Below, in pieces: positions 15,301 through 30,500 of a stretch of DNA of 64,000 bases. Positions within the stretch are counted from its first letter, which is position 1; each line of letters starts with the position of its first letter. Location of the stretch: NCBI RefSeq assembly GCF_009914755.1, contig NC_060940.1. One strand, written 5' to 3'. The stretch comes from the human T2T-CHM13v2.0 reference genome, Homo sapiens. The notes below the pieces were generated by a model. The model made no database searches and was not told the DNA's origin. It saw nothing but the letters and a program-made list of their open reading frames with translations. Made by a program: the position numbers and the translations under genes.

Positions 15301-15387
15301 TCTGTGATGATTCCATGTGATTGCATTCAATGATGATTCCTTTCGATTGCATTCGATTATGATTCATTTCGTGTTCATTCTATGGTT
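9302..15387 (+). repeat. Unit U3, 6086 bp (canonical minus 26 bp near 11045)
   Basis: Landmarks 9302 and 15388. It reads TATGATGATTTCATTCGG where U4 has TATGATGATTACATTGGATTCCATTCGTTGATGATTTCATTCGG. Confidence 0.92.
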
Positions 15388-18300
15388 CCACAGGTTTCCA
15401 TTCGTGTCCATTCCATTATTCCATTCTATTCCATTTGATGATGATTCCATTCGATTCCATTCATTGGTGATTCCACTCAATTCCATTCAATGATTCCATT
15501 CCATTTCTTTCAACAATGATTCCATTAGTTTCTAATCGATGATCCACTTGATTCCATTTGACGACGATTCCATTCTTGTCCATTCGATGATTCCATTTGA
15601 TTCCATATGATGATGATTCCATTCGATTCCATACCATGATGATTCCATTCGAGTCCATTCAATGGTGATTCCATTCAATTCCATTCGATGATTCCTTTTG
15701 ATTCCATTCGATGATGATGGCATTCGATTCCTTTCAATCATTCCCTTTGATTCCATTCAAAGGTGATTTCATTCAAGTCCATTCGATAATTGCATTCGAT
15801 TCCTTTCTATGATGATTCCATTCGAGTCCATTTGATGATTCCATTCAATTCAAGTCAATGATGATTCCATTCGATTCCATTCGATGATTCCATTGGATTC
15901 CATTCGATGATGATTCCATTCAAATCCATTCGATAATTCAATTCAAGTCCATTCGATGATGATTCCAATCGAATCCATTCAAAGATTCCATTCAGTTCCA
16001 TTCGATGATTCCCTTAGATTCCATTCGATGATTCCACTTGATTGCATTTACGATGATTCCATTCGATTCCATGTGATGATTCCATTCAATTCTATTCAAT
16101 GATGTCTCCATTTGATTCCATTCGACCATGATTGCCTTTGATTCCATTCAATGATTCCATTCGGTTCCGTTTGATGATGATTCCGTTCGATTCCATTTGA
16201 TGATTCCATTGGATTCCATTGGATGAGTCCATTCGATTACATTCGATGATTATTCCATTCGAGTGCATTAGATGATTCCATTCGAGTCCATTCGATGATT
16301 CCATTCGATTCCATTCGATGTTGATTCTGTTCAAATCCATTCGATGATTCCACTCGATTCCATTCGTTGACTCCATTTGATCCCATTCGATGATTTCCTT
16401 TGATTCCCTTTGATGATCATTCCATTTGATTCAATTCGGTGATTTCATTTGATTCCATTCAGTGATGTTTCCATTCGACTCCATTCGATGATGATTCCAT
16501 TCGACTCCATTCGATTATGATTTCATTCAATTCCATTCGATAATGATTCCCTTCGAGTCCATTCGATGATTCCATTCGATTCCATTCAACGATGATTTGA
16601 TTCGTGTCCATTCGATGATTCCATTTGATTCCACTTGATGATGATTCCATTCGAGTCCATTTGATGATTCCATTCAATTCCATACTCCGATGATTTCTTT
16701 TGAGCCCACTCAATGCTTCCACTCGATTCCATATGATGATGACTCCATTCGATGAAATTCGATGATGATTCCATTCGCTTGCTTTCGATGATGATTCCAC
16801 TTGAGTCCGTTAGAAGATTCTATTCAATTACATTCCATGACGATTCCGTTCGAGTCCATTTGATGATTCCATTAGACTCCATTCGACGATGATTCCATTC
16901 GATGTTATTCGATGATTCCATTCGATCTCATTCGATGATGATTCCATTCAACTCCATTCGATGTTTCCATTCGAGTTCATTCTATTATTCCATTAGATTC
17001 CATTCGATGATGATTCCATTCGATTCCATTTGATGATTGCATTCTATTTCATTTGATGATGATTCCATTCGAGTCCACTCGATGATTCCATTCGAGTCCA
17101 TTTAATGAATCCATTGGTTTCAATTCTATGATGATTACATTGGATTCCATTCGTTGATGATTTCATTCGGTTCCATTCAATGATGATTCCATTCAATTCC
17201 TTTCAATGTTTCCATTCAATTCCATACGATGATGATTCCATTTGATTTGATTCGACAGTGAGCCATTCGATTCAATTCCATGATGATTCTATTTGATTCA
17301 ATTGGTTGACATTTCCATTCGATTCCATTCGATGATGATTCCCTTTGATTCCGTTCAAAGATGATTCCATTCTAGCCCATTCAATCATTCCATTCGATTC
17401 TATTCAATGATGATTCCATTCATGTCGATTTGGTGATTCCATTTGACTTCATTTGATGATGATTCCTTTCAAGTTCATTAGATGATTCCATTCGATTCCA
17501 TTTGATGATGATCCCATTCGAGTCCATTCAGTGATTCCATTCGTTTCCATTCCATGATGATTCCATTCCTTTCCATTCAATGATTCCATTCGATTCCGTT
17601 TGATGATGATTTCATTCGAGTCCATTTGATGATTCCATTTGATTCCATTCGATGATGATTCCATTCGAGTCCATTCGATGATTCTATTCGAATCCATTTG
17701 ATGATTTCTTTTGATTATATTTGGTGATGATTCCATTGGAGTCCATTCAATGATTCCATTCTATTCCAATCGATGATGATTCCATTAGAGTCCATTTAAT
17801 GATTCCATTTGATTCCAGTCTCTGATGATTACATTCGAGTCCATACGATGATTCCACTCAATTCCATATGATGATGATTCCATTTGATTCCATTCGGTGA
17901 TTCCATTCTATTCTATTCAATGGTGATTCCATTCGAGTACATTAGATGATTCCATTCGTTTCCATTCAATGATGATTCTATTTGTGTCCCTTAGATGATT
18001 CCACATGATTCCATTAGATGATGATACTATTTGAGCCCATCCAATGATTCCCTTCGATTCCATTCGATGAGGATTCCATTCGATTCAATTCATTGGTGAT
18101 TCTATTCAATTCAATTCTTTGATTGCATTCCATTCCATTCGACAATGATTCCATTCGATTTCTTTCGATGATTCCACTCGATTCCACTTGACATTGATTC
18201 CATTCGATTCCATTCATTGATTCCATTTGATTCCAGTGGGTGATGATTGCCATCGATTCCATTCGATCACTCCATTCTATTCCATTTGATGATGATTACA

Positions 18301-21300
18301 TTCGATTCCATTTGATGATTCCATCTGATTCTATTCGAGGATTCCATTTGATTCCATTCGATGATGATTCCATTCGAGTCCATTCGATGATTTCATTCGA
18401 GTACATCCAATGATTCCATTCGAGTCCATTAGATGATTCCATTTGATTCCATTTGAAATTGATTCTACTAGAGTCCATTCAATGACTCCATTCGAGTCCA
18501 TTCAACAATTCCATTCGACTCCATTCGATGATTCCATTCGATTCCATTTGATGGTTCCATTCGAGTCCATTTAATCATTACAGTCGAGTCCATTTGGTGA
18601 TTCCACTGGATTTCTTTTGATAATGATACCATTCAATTGCATTTGATGATGATCCCATTCAATTTCATTTGATGATGATTCCATTAGAGTCCATTCGATG
18701 ATTTCATTCGAGTCCCTTCATTGATTCCATCCGATTTCATTGGATGATGACTCCATTCGAGTCCATTCGATGATTCCACTCGATTCCATTAGATGACTCC
18801 ATTGGAGTCCATTTGATTGTTCCATTCGATTCCATTCGATTCCTTTCGAAGATTATTCCATTTGAGTCCATTCGATGATGATTCCATTCCATTCCATTCG
18901 ATGATTCCGTTTGATTCCATTCGATGATTCCCTTCGATTCCTTTCTTTGATGATTCCATTCCATTCCATTCAATGATTCCATTCGAATCTATTCCATGAT
19001 GATTCCTTTCGATTCCATTCGCTGATGTTTCCGTTCAATTCCATTCGATGATGATTCCATTCGATTCCATTCATTGAGGATTCCATTTGATTCCATTCAA
19101 TGATGATTCCATTCTATTCCATTCAATGATTGCATTCAATTCCATTCAATGATTATCCCATTAGAGTAAACTCAACGATTCCATTCAATACCATTCGATG
19201 ATGATTCCTTTTGAGTCCATTCAATGATTTCATTCAAGTCCATTTGATGATTCCTTTCAATTCCATTCTATGATGATTCCATTCGAGTCCATTCGATGAT
19301 TCCATTCGATTGCATTCGATGATTCCATTATATTCCATTCAACGGTGATTCCATTCGAGTCCATTCCATGATTCCATTAGAGTACATTTAATGATTGCTT
19401 TGTTTTCAATTCGAAGATGATTACATTGGATTCCATTCTATGATACCATTCGATTCCATTCAATGATGATTCCACTCAAATCCATTGGATGATTCCATTC
19501 GTGTCCATTCGGTGATTTCATTAGATTCCATTCGAGGATGATTCCATTCGATTCCATTCGATGATTCCATTCAATTCCATTCGATGATGATTCCATTCCA
19601 GTCCATATGATCATTCCATTTGATTTCATTCGATGATGATTCCATTCGATTCGATTCGACGATTCCATTCTATTCCATTCGATGATGATTCCATTCGAGT
19701 CCATTCGATCATTCCATTCGAGTCCATTTAATGATTCCATTGGGTTCAATTCAATGATGATTACATTGGATTCCGTTCTATGATTCCATTCAATTCCGTT
19801 CATTGACAATTTGATTCCATTCGATGATGATTCCATTTGAGTTCATTCGATGATTCTATTCGATTCTCTTCGATGGTGATTCAATTCTATTATATTGGAT
19901 GATTCCATTCGATTCCATTTGATGTTGATTCAATTCGATTCTATTCGATGATGATTCCATTGGATTTCACTTGATGATTCTATTCGATTCCATTCAATGA
20001 TGATTCACTTCTCGTCCATTGGATGATTCCATTTCATTCCATTCGATGATGATTCCATTCGATTCCATTCGATGATTCCATTTGATTCCATGCGACGGTG
20101 AGCAATTCGATTCAATTCCATGATGATTCTATTTGATTCAATTAGATGATGTTTCCATTCGAATCCATTCCATGATTATTCCATTGGAATCCATTTGGCG
20201 ATGATTCCATATGAGTCAATTCAATGATGATTCCATATGGGTCCGTTCGATGATAATTCCATTTGATTTCATTCGATGCTTCTATTCTATTCCAGTCGAT
20301 GATGATTCCGTTGGAGTCCATACGATGATTCCATTTGATTTCATTTGATGATGATTCCATTCGATGATGATTACATTGGATTCCATTCTATGATTCCATT
20401 CAATTCCATTCGTTGATGATTCGATTCCATTCAATGATGATTCCATTTGAGTTCATTCGATGATTCTATTCGATTCCGTTCGATGGTGATTCAATTCTTT
20501 TATATTGGATGATTCCACTCGATTCCATTTGATGATTATTCCATTGGAGTCCACTTAGTGAATCCTTTAGATTCTACTCGACGATGATTCCATTCGAGTC
20601 CATTCGATGATACCATTCAATTCCATTCGTTGATGCTTCCATTCAAGTGCATTCGATGATATCATTTGATTCCATTTGATGATAATTCCATTTGATTCCA
20701 TGCGATGATTCTATTCGATTCCATTCAATGATAATTCCATTCAATTCAGTGATTCCTCTGGACTCCATTTGATGATGATTCCATTCAATGATTCCATTCG
20801 ATTCTATTCGAAAATGATTCCATTTGAATCCATTTGATGATGATTCCATTAGATTCCATTTGATGATTCCATTCGATTCCATTCGACGATGATTCCATTC
20901 GATTCCGTTTGATGATTCCATTCTATTCTATTCGATGATGATTCCATTCGATTCCATTCGATGATGATTGGATTCGATTCCATTTGATGATTTCATTTGA
21001 TTCCATTCGTTAATGATTTCGATCAATTCCATTCGATGATTCCATTCGATTCCATTCGATAATGATTACATCCGAGTCCATTCGATGATTCCCTTTGAGC
21101 CTGTTCGATAATTCCATTTGAGTCCAACCAATGATTCCATTCATTTCCATTCAATGATTCCATTCGAGTCCATTTGATCATTCCGGTAGGGTCCATTCGA
21201 TGTTGATTCCATTGGAGTGCATTCGATGATTCCATTCGAGTCCATTTTAGGATTTGATTCAAGTCCTTTCGATGATTCCATTCGATTCCACTCGATGATG

Positions 21301-21499
21301 ATTTCATTCGAGTCCATTCGACACTTCCAATCGATTCCATTTGATGATTCCATTCGAGTCCAATTGATGATTCCATTCAATTCCATTCGATGATGATTCC
21401 CTACGATTCCGTTCTGTGATGATTCCATGTGATTGCATTCAATGATGATTCCTTTCGATTGCATTCGATTATGATTCATTTCGTGTTCATTCTATGGTT
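15388..21499 (+). repeat. Unit U4, canonical 6112 bp
   Basis: Landmarks 15388 and 21500; the ORF track also repeats at +6112 (e.g. 15264 to 21376). Confidence 0.95.
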
Positions 21500-24400
21500 C
21501 CACAGGTTTCCATTCGTGTCCATTCCATTATTCCATTCTATTCCATTTGATGATGATTCCATTCGATTCCATTCATTGGTGATTCCACTCAATTCCATTC
21601 AATGATTCCATTCCATTTCTTTCAACAATGATTCCATTAGTTTCTAATCGATGATCCACTTGATTCCATTTGACGACGATTCCATTCTTGTCCATTCGAT
21701 GATTCCATTTGATTCCATATGATGATGATTCCATTCGATTCCATACCATGATGATTCCATTCGAGTCCATTCAATGGTGATTCCATTCAATTCCATTCGA
21801 TGATTCCTTTTGATTCCATTCGATGATGATGGCATTCGATTCCTTTCAATCATTCCCTTTGATTCCATTCAAAGGTGATTTCATTCAAGTCCATTCGATA
21901 ATTGCATTCGATTCCATTCTATGATGATTCCATTCGAGTCCATTTGATGATTCCATTCAATTCAAGTCAATGATGATTCCATTCGATTCCATTCGATGAT
22001 TCCATTGGATTCCATTCGATGATGATTCCATTCAAATCCATTCGATAATTCAATTCAAGTCCATTCGATGATGATTCCAATCGAATCCATTCAAAGATTC
22101 CATTCAGTTCCATTCGATGATTCCCTTAGATTCCATTCGATGATTCCACTTGATTGCATTTACGATGATTCCATTCGATTCCATGTGATGATTCCATTCA
22201 ATTCTATTCAATGATGTCTCCATTTGATTCCATTCGACCATGATTGCCTTTGATTCCATTCAATGATTCCATTCGGTTCCGTTTGATGATGATTCCGTTC
22301 GATTCCATTTGATGATTCCATTTGATTCCATTGGATGAGTCCATTCGATTACATTCGATGATTATTCCATTCGAGTGCATTAGATGATTCCATTCGAGTC
22401 CATTCGATGATTCCATTCGATTCCATTCGATGTTGATTCTGTTCAAATCCATTCGATGATTCCACTCGATTCCATTCGTTGACTCCATTTGATCCCATTC
22501 GATGATTTCCTTTGATTCCCTTTGATGATCATTCCGTTTGATTCAATTCGGTGATTTCATTTGATTCCATTCAGTGATGTTTCCATTCGACTCCATTCGA
22601 TGATGATTCCATTCGACTCCATTCGATTATGATTTCATTCAATTCCATTCGATAATGATTCCCTTCGAGTCCATTCGATGATTCCATTCGATTCCATTCA
22701 ACGATGATTTGATTCGTGTCCATTCGATGATTCCATTTGATTCCACTTGATGATGATTCCATTCGAGTCCATTTGATGATTCCATTCAATTCCATACTCC
22801 GATGATTTCTTTTGAGCCCACTCAATGCTTCCACTCGATTCCATATGATGATGACTCCATTCGATGAAATTCGATGATGATTCCATTCGCTTGCTTTCGA
22901 TGATGATTCCACTTGAGTCCGTTAGAAGATTCTATTCAATTACATTCCATGACGATTCCGTTCGAGTCCATTTGATGATTCCATTAGACTCCATTCGACG
23001 ATGATTCCATTCGATGTTATTCGATGATTCCATTTGATCTCATTCGATGATGATTCCATTCAACTCCATTCGATGTTTCCATTCGAGTTCATTCTATTAT
23101 TCCATTAGATTCCATTCGATGATGATTCCATTCGATTCCATTTGATGATTGCATTCTATTTCATTTGATGATGATTCCATTCGAGTCCACTCGATGATTC
23201 CATTCGAGTCCATTTAATGAATCCATTGGTTTCAATTCTATGATGATTACATTGGATTCCATTCGTTGATGATTTCATTCGGTTCCATTCAATGATGATT
23301 CCATTCAATTCCTTTCAATGTTTCCATTCAATTCCATACGATGATGATTCCATTTGATTTGATTCGACAGTGAGCCATTCGATTCAATTCCATGATGATT
23401 CTATTTGATTCAATTGGTTGACATTTCCATTCGATTCCATTCGATGATGATTCCCTTTGATTCCGTTCAAAGATGATTCCATTCTAGCCCATTCAATCAT
23501 TCCATTCGATTCTATTCAATGATGATTCCATTCATGTCGATTTGGTGATTCCATTTGACTTCATTTGATGATGATTCCTTTCAAGTTCATTAGATGATTC
23601 CATTCGATTCCATTTGATGATGATCCCATTCGAGTCCATTCAGTGATTCCATTCGTTTCCATTCCATGATGATTCCATTCCTTTCCATTCAATGATTCCA
23701 TTCGATTCCGTTTGATGATGATTTCATTCGAGTCCATTTGATGATTCCATTTGATTCCATTCGATGATGATTCCATTCGAGTCCATTCGATGATTCTATT
23801 CGAATCCATTTGATGATTTCTTTTGATTATATTTGGTGATGATTCCATTGGAGTCCATTCAATGATTCCATTCTATTCCAATCGATGATGATTCCATTAG
23901 AGTCCATTTAATGATTCCATTTGATTCCAGTCTCTGATGATTACATTCGAGTCCATACGATGATTCCACTCAATTCCATAAGATGATGATTCCATTTGAT
24001 TCCATTCGGTGATTCCATTCTATTCTATTCAATGGTGATTCCATTCGAGTACATTAGATGATTCCATTCGATTCCATTCAATGATGATTCTATGTGTGTC
24101 CCTTAGATGATTCCAAATGATTCCATTACATGATGATACTATTTGAGCCCATCCAATGATTCCCTTCGATTCCATTCGATGAGGATTCCATTCGATTCAA
24201 TTCATTGGTGATTCTATTCAATTCAATTCTTTGATTCCATTCCATTCCATTCGACAATGATTCCATTCGATTTCTTTCGATGATTCCACTCGATTCCACT
24301 TGACATTGATTCCATTCGATTCCATTCAATGATTCCATTTGATTCCAGTGGATGATGATTGCCATTGATTCCATTCGATCACTCCATTCTATTCCATTTG

Positions 24401-27400
24401 ATGATGATTACATTCGATTCCATTTGATGATTCCATCTGATTCTATTCGAGGATTCCATTTGATTCCATTCGATGATGATTCCATTCGAGTCCATTCGAT
24501 GATTTCATTCCAGTACATCCAATGATTCCATTCGAGTCCATTAGATGATTCCATTTGATTCCATTTGAAAATGATTCTACTAGAGTCCATTCAATGACTC
24601 CATTCGAGTCCATTCAACAATTCCATTCGACTCCATTCGATGATTCCATTCGATTCCATTTGATGGTTCCATTCGAGTCCATTTAATCATTACAGTCGAG
24701 TCCATTTGTTGATTCCACTGGATTTCTTTTGATAATGATACCATTCAATTACATTTGATGATGATCCCATTCAACTTCATTTGATGATGATTCCATTAGA
24801 GTCCATTCGATGATTTCATTCGAGTCCCTTCATTGATTCCATCCGATTTCATTGGATGATGACTCCATTCGAGTCCATTCGATGATTCCACTCGATTCCA
24901 TTAGATGACTCCATTGGAGTCCATTTGATTGTTCCATTCGATTCCATTCGATTCCTTTCGAAGATTATTCCATTTGAGTCCATTCGATGATGATTCCATT
25001 CCATTCCATTCCATGATTCCGTTTGATTCCATTCGATGATTCCCTTCGATTCCTTTCTTTGATGATTCCATTCCATTCCATTCAATGATTCCATTCGAAT
25101 CTATTCCATGATGATTCCTTTCGATTCCATTCGCTGATGTTTCCGTTCAATTCCATTCGATGATGATTCCATTCGATTCCATTCATTGAGGATTCCATTT
25201 GATTCCATTCAATGATGATTCCATTCTATTCCATTCAATGATTGCATTCAATTCCATTCAGTGATTATCCCATTAGAGTAAACTCAACGATTCCATTCAA
25301 TACCATTCGATGATGATTCCTTTTGAGTCCATTCAATGATTTCATTCAAGTCCATTTGATGATTCCATTCAATTCCATTCTATGATGATTCCATTCGAGT
25401 CCATTCGATGATTCCATTCGATTGCATTCGATGATTCCATTATATTCCATTCAACGGTGATTCCATTCGAGTCCATTCCATGATTCCATTAGAGTACATT
25501 TAATGATTGCTTTGTTTTCAATTCGAAGATGATTACATTGGATTCCATTCTATGATACCATTCGATTCCATTCAATGATGATTCCACTCAAATCCATTGG
25601 ATGATTCCATTCGTGTCCATTCGGTGATTTCATTAGATTCCATTCGAGGATGATTCCATTCGATTCCATTCGATGATTCCATTCAATTCCATTCGATGAT
25701 GATTCCATTCCAGTCCATATGATCATTCCATTTGATTTCATTCGATGATGATTCCATTCGATTCCATTCGATGATTCCATTCTATTCCATTCGATGATGA
25801 TTCAATTCGAGTCCATTCGATGATTCCATTCGAGTCCATTTAATGATTCCATTGGGTTCAATTCAATGATGATTACATTGGATTCCGTTCTCTGATTCCA
25901 TTCAATTCCGTTCATTGACAATTTGATTCCATTCGATGATGATTCCATTTGAGTTCATTCGATGATTCTATTCGATTCTCTTCGATGGTGATTCAATTCT
26001 ATTATATTGGATGATTCCATTCGATTCCATTTGATGTTGATTCAATTCGATTCTATTCGATGATGATTCCATTGGATTTCACTTGATGATTCTATTCGAT
26101 TCCATTCAATGATGATTCACTTCTCGTCCATTGGATGATTCCATTTCATTCCATTCGATGATGATTCCATTCGATTCCATTCGATGATTCCATTTGATTC
26201 CATGCGTCGGTGAGCAATTCGATTCAATTCCATGATGATTCTATTTGATTCAATTAGATGATGTTTCCATTCGAATCCATTCCATGATTATTCCATTGGA
26301 ATCCATTTGGCGATGATTCCATATGAGTCAATTCAATGATGATTCCATATGGGTCCGTTCGATGATAATTCCATTTGATTTCATTGGATGCTTCTATTCT
26401 ATTCCAGTCGATGATGATTCCGTTGGAGTCCATACGATGATTACATTTGATTTCATTTGATGATGATTCCATTCGATGATGATTACATTGGATTCCATTC
26501 TATGATTCCATTCAATTCCATTCGTTGATGATTCGATTCCATTCAATGATGATTCCATTTGAGTTCATTCGATGATTCTATTCGATTCCGTTCGATGGTG
26601 ATTCAATTCTCTTATATTGGATGATTCCACTCGATTCCATTTGATGATTATTCCATTGGAGTCCACTTAGTGAATCCTTTAGATTCTACTCGAAGATGAT
26701 TCCATTCGAGTCCATTCGATGATACCATTCAATTCCATTCGTTGATGCTTCCATTCAAGTGCATTCGATGATATCATTCGATTCCATTTGATGATAATTC
26801 CATTTGATTCCATGCGATGATTCTATTCGATTCCATTCAATGATAATTCCATTCAATTCAGTGATTCCTCTGGACTCCATTTGATGATGATTCCATTCAA
26901 TGATTCCATTCGATTCTATTCGAAAATGATTCCATTTGAATCCATTTGATGACGATTCCATTCGATTCCATTCGACGATGATTCCATTCGATTCCATTTG
27001 ATGATTCCATTCTATTCTATTCGATGATGATTCCATTCGATTCCATTCGACGATGATTGGATTCGATTCCATTTGATGATTTCATTTGATTCCATTCGTT
27101 AATGATTTCGATCAACTCCATTCGATGATTCCATTTGATTCCATTCGATAATGATTACATCCGAGTCCATTTGATGATTCCATTTGAGCCCGTTCGATAA
27201 TTCCATTTGAGTCCAATCAATGATTCCATTCATTTCCATTCAATGATTCCATTCGAGTCCATTTGATCATTCTGGTAGGGTCCGTTCGATGTTGATTCCA
27301 TTGGAGTGCATTCGATGATTCCATTCGAGTCCATTTTATGATTTGATTCGAGTCCTTTCGATGATTCCATTCGATTCCACTCGATGATGATTTCATTCGA

Positions 27401-27588
27401 GTCCATTCGACACTTTCAATCGATTCCATTTGATGATTCCATTCGAGTCCAATTGATGATTCCATTCAATTCCATTCGATGATGATTCCGTACGATTCCA
27501 TTCTGTGATGATTCCATGTGATTGCATTCAATGATGATTCCTTTCGACTGCATTCGATTATGATTCATTTCGTGTTCATTCTATGGTT
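21500..27588 (+). repeat. Unit U5, 6089 bp (canonical minus 23 bp near 26950); transitional, mosaic unit
   Basis: Landmarks 21500 and 27589; compare 26941-27000 with 20821-20900. Confidence 0.9.
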
Positions 27589-30500
27589 CCACAGGTTTCC
27601 ATTCGATGACGTTTCCGTTCGTGTCCATTCCATTATTCCATTCTATTTCATTTGATGATGATTCCATTCGATTCCATTCATTGGTGATTCCACTCAATTC
27701 CATTCAATGATTCCATTCCATTTCTTTCAACAATGATTCCATTAGTTTCTATTCGATGATCCACTTGATTCCATTTGGCGATGATTCCATTCGTGTCCAT
27801 TCGATGATTCCATTTGATTCCATATGATGATGATTCCATTCGATTCCATACCATGATGATTCCATTCGAGTCCATTCAATGGTGATTCCATTCAATTCCA
27901 TTCGATGATTCCTTCCGATTCCATTCGATGATGATGGCATTCGATTCCTTTCAATCATTCCCTTTGATTCCATTCAAAGGTGATTTCATTCAAGTCCATT
28001 CGATAATTGCATTCGATTCCATTCTATGATGATTCCATTCGAGTCCATTTGATGATTCCATTCAATTCAAGTCAATGATGATTCCATTCGATTCCATTCG
28101 ATGATTCCATTGGATTCCATTCGATGATGATTCCATTCAAATCCATTCGATAATTCAATTCAAGTCCATTCGATGATGATTCCAATCGAATCCATTCAAA
28201 GATTCCATTCAATTCCATTCGATGATGATTCCCTTAGATTCCATTCGATGATTCCACTTGATTCCATTTACGATGATTCCATTCGATTCCATGTGATGAA
28301 TCCATTCAATTCTATTCAATGATGTTTCCATTTGATTCCATTGGACCATGATTGCCTTTGATTCCATTCAATGATTCCATTCGGTTCCATTTGATGATGA
28401 TTCCGTTCTATTCCATTTGATGATTCCATTTGATTCCATTGGATGAGTCCATTCGATTACATTCGATGATTATTCCTTTCGAGTGCATTAGATGATTGCA
28501 TTCGAGTCCATTCGATGATTCCATTCGATTCCATTCGATGTTGATTCTGTTCAAATCCATTCGATGATTCCACTCGATTCCATTCGATGACTCCATTTGA
28601 TCCCATTCGATGATTTCCTGTGATTCCCTTTGATGATCATTCTATTTGATTCAATTCGGTGATTTCATTTCATTCCATTCAGTGATGTTTCCATTCGACT
28701 GTATTCGATGATGATTCCATTCGACTCCATTCGATTATGATTTCATTCAATTCCATTCAATAATGATTCCCTTCGAGTCCATTCGATGATTCCATTCGAT
28801 TCCATTCAACGATGATTTGATTCGTTTCCATTCGATGATTCCATTTGATTCCACTTGATGCTGATTCCATTCGAGTCCATTTGATGATTCCATTCGAGTC
28901 TATTTATGTATTATATTCGTGTCCACTTCATGATTCCATTCAATTCCATTTAATGTTGATTCCATTTGATTCCATTTGATGATTCAGTTCGATTCCTTGC
29001 AATGATTCCCTACGATTCCTTTCTATGATTATTCCATTCGATTCCATTCATTGATGATTTCATTCGACTCCATTCGATGATGATTCCTTTCGATTCCATT
29101 TGACGATGTTTCCATTCGAGTCCATTTGATGATGATTCTATTCAATTCTGTTCTATTATGATTCCATTCGATTTCATTCAATGCTTCTCTTTGATTCCAT
29201 TCGATGATGATTCCATCTCTTTCCCTTCGATGATTCCATTTGATTCCATTCAGTGATGATTCCATTTGATTCCATCTGATGATGATTTCACTTGATTCCT
29301 TTCAATGATGATTCAATTCAAGTCCATTCGATGATTCCATTGGAGTCCAAACGATCATTCCGTTCGATTCCATTCAATGGTGATTCCATTCATGTCCATT
29401 CGATGAATCCATTCAATTCCATTCGATGATGACTCCATTCGAGTACATTCGATGATTCCATTTGATTCCATTTGAAGATGATTCCATTCAATTCCATTCG
29501 AAGATGATTCCATTCAATTCCATTCGATGATGATTCCGTATGAATCCATTCTCTGATTATTCCATTCGATTCCATTCATTGACGATTCCATTCAATTCCA
29601 TTCAATGATGATTCTCTTCTATTCCATTCGATGATTCCGGTCGATTCCATTCGATGATGATTCCATTAGATTCCATTCGATTGTTGCATTCGATTCCCTT
29701 CGATGATGATTCCTTTGAATTCCATTCGATTATCATTCCGTATGAATCCATTTGATGATTATTCCATTGGATTCCTTTCGATGATGATTCCATTCGATTC
29801 CATTTGATGATGTTTCTCTTGTATTCCATTGGATAATTCCTTTCAGTTCCCTTCGATGATTATTCTTTCGAGTCAATTCGATGATTCTATTCCATTCCCT
29901 TCGATGATGATTCCATTTCACTCCATTTGATGATTCCATTCGACTCAATTTGGTGATGATTCAATTCGATGACATTCGATGACTCCATTCAATTTCATTT
30001 GATGATGATTACATTCGAGTCCATTTGATGATTGTATTCCTTTCCTTTTGATGATTATTCCATTCGTGTCTATTCAAAGATTCCATTCTATTCCATTCAA
30101 TGATGATTGCATTTGATTCCATTCAATGATTATGGCTATCGATTCCACTCGTTGATTCCATTTGATTCCGTTCGATGATTATTCCGTTAGATTCCATTAG
30201 AAGATTCCATTCGATTTTATTCAATGATTCCAATGGATTCCATTCAATGATGATTCCATTCGACTCCATTCAGTGATTCCATTCGAGTCCTTTTGATGAT
30301 TCCATTCTTTTCCATTTGATGATGATTCCATTAGGGTCCATTCAATGATTCCATTCGAGTCCATTCGTTAATGCCTTTCGAGTCCTTTTGATCACTACAT
30401 TCGAGTCCATTCAATGATTCTATTCGATTCCATTCCATGATGATTCCATTCGAGTTCATTCGATGATTGCATTCGAGTCCATTTGATGATTCCATATGAT

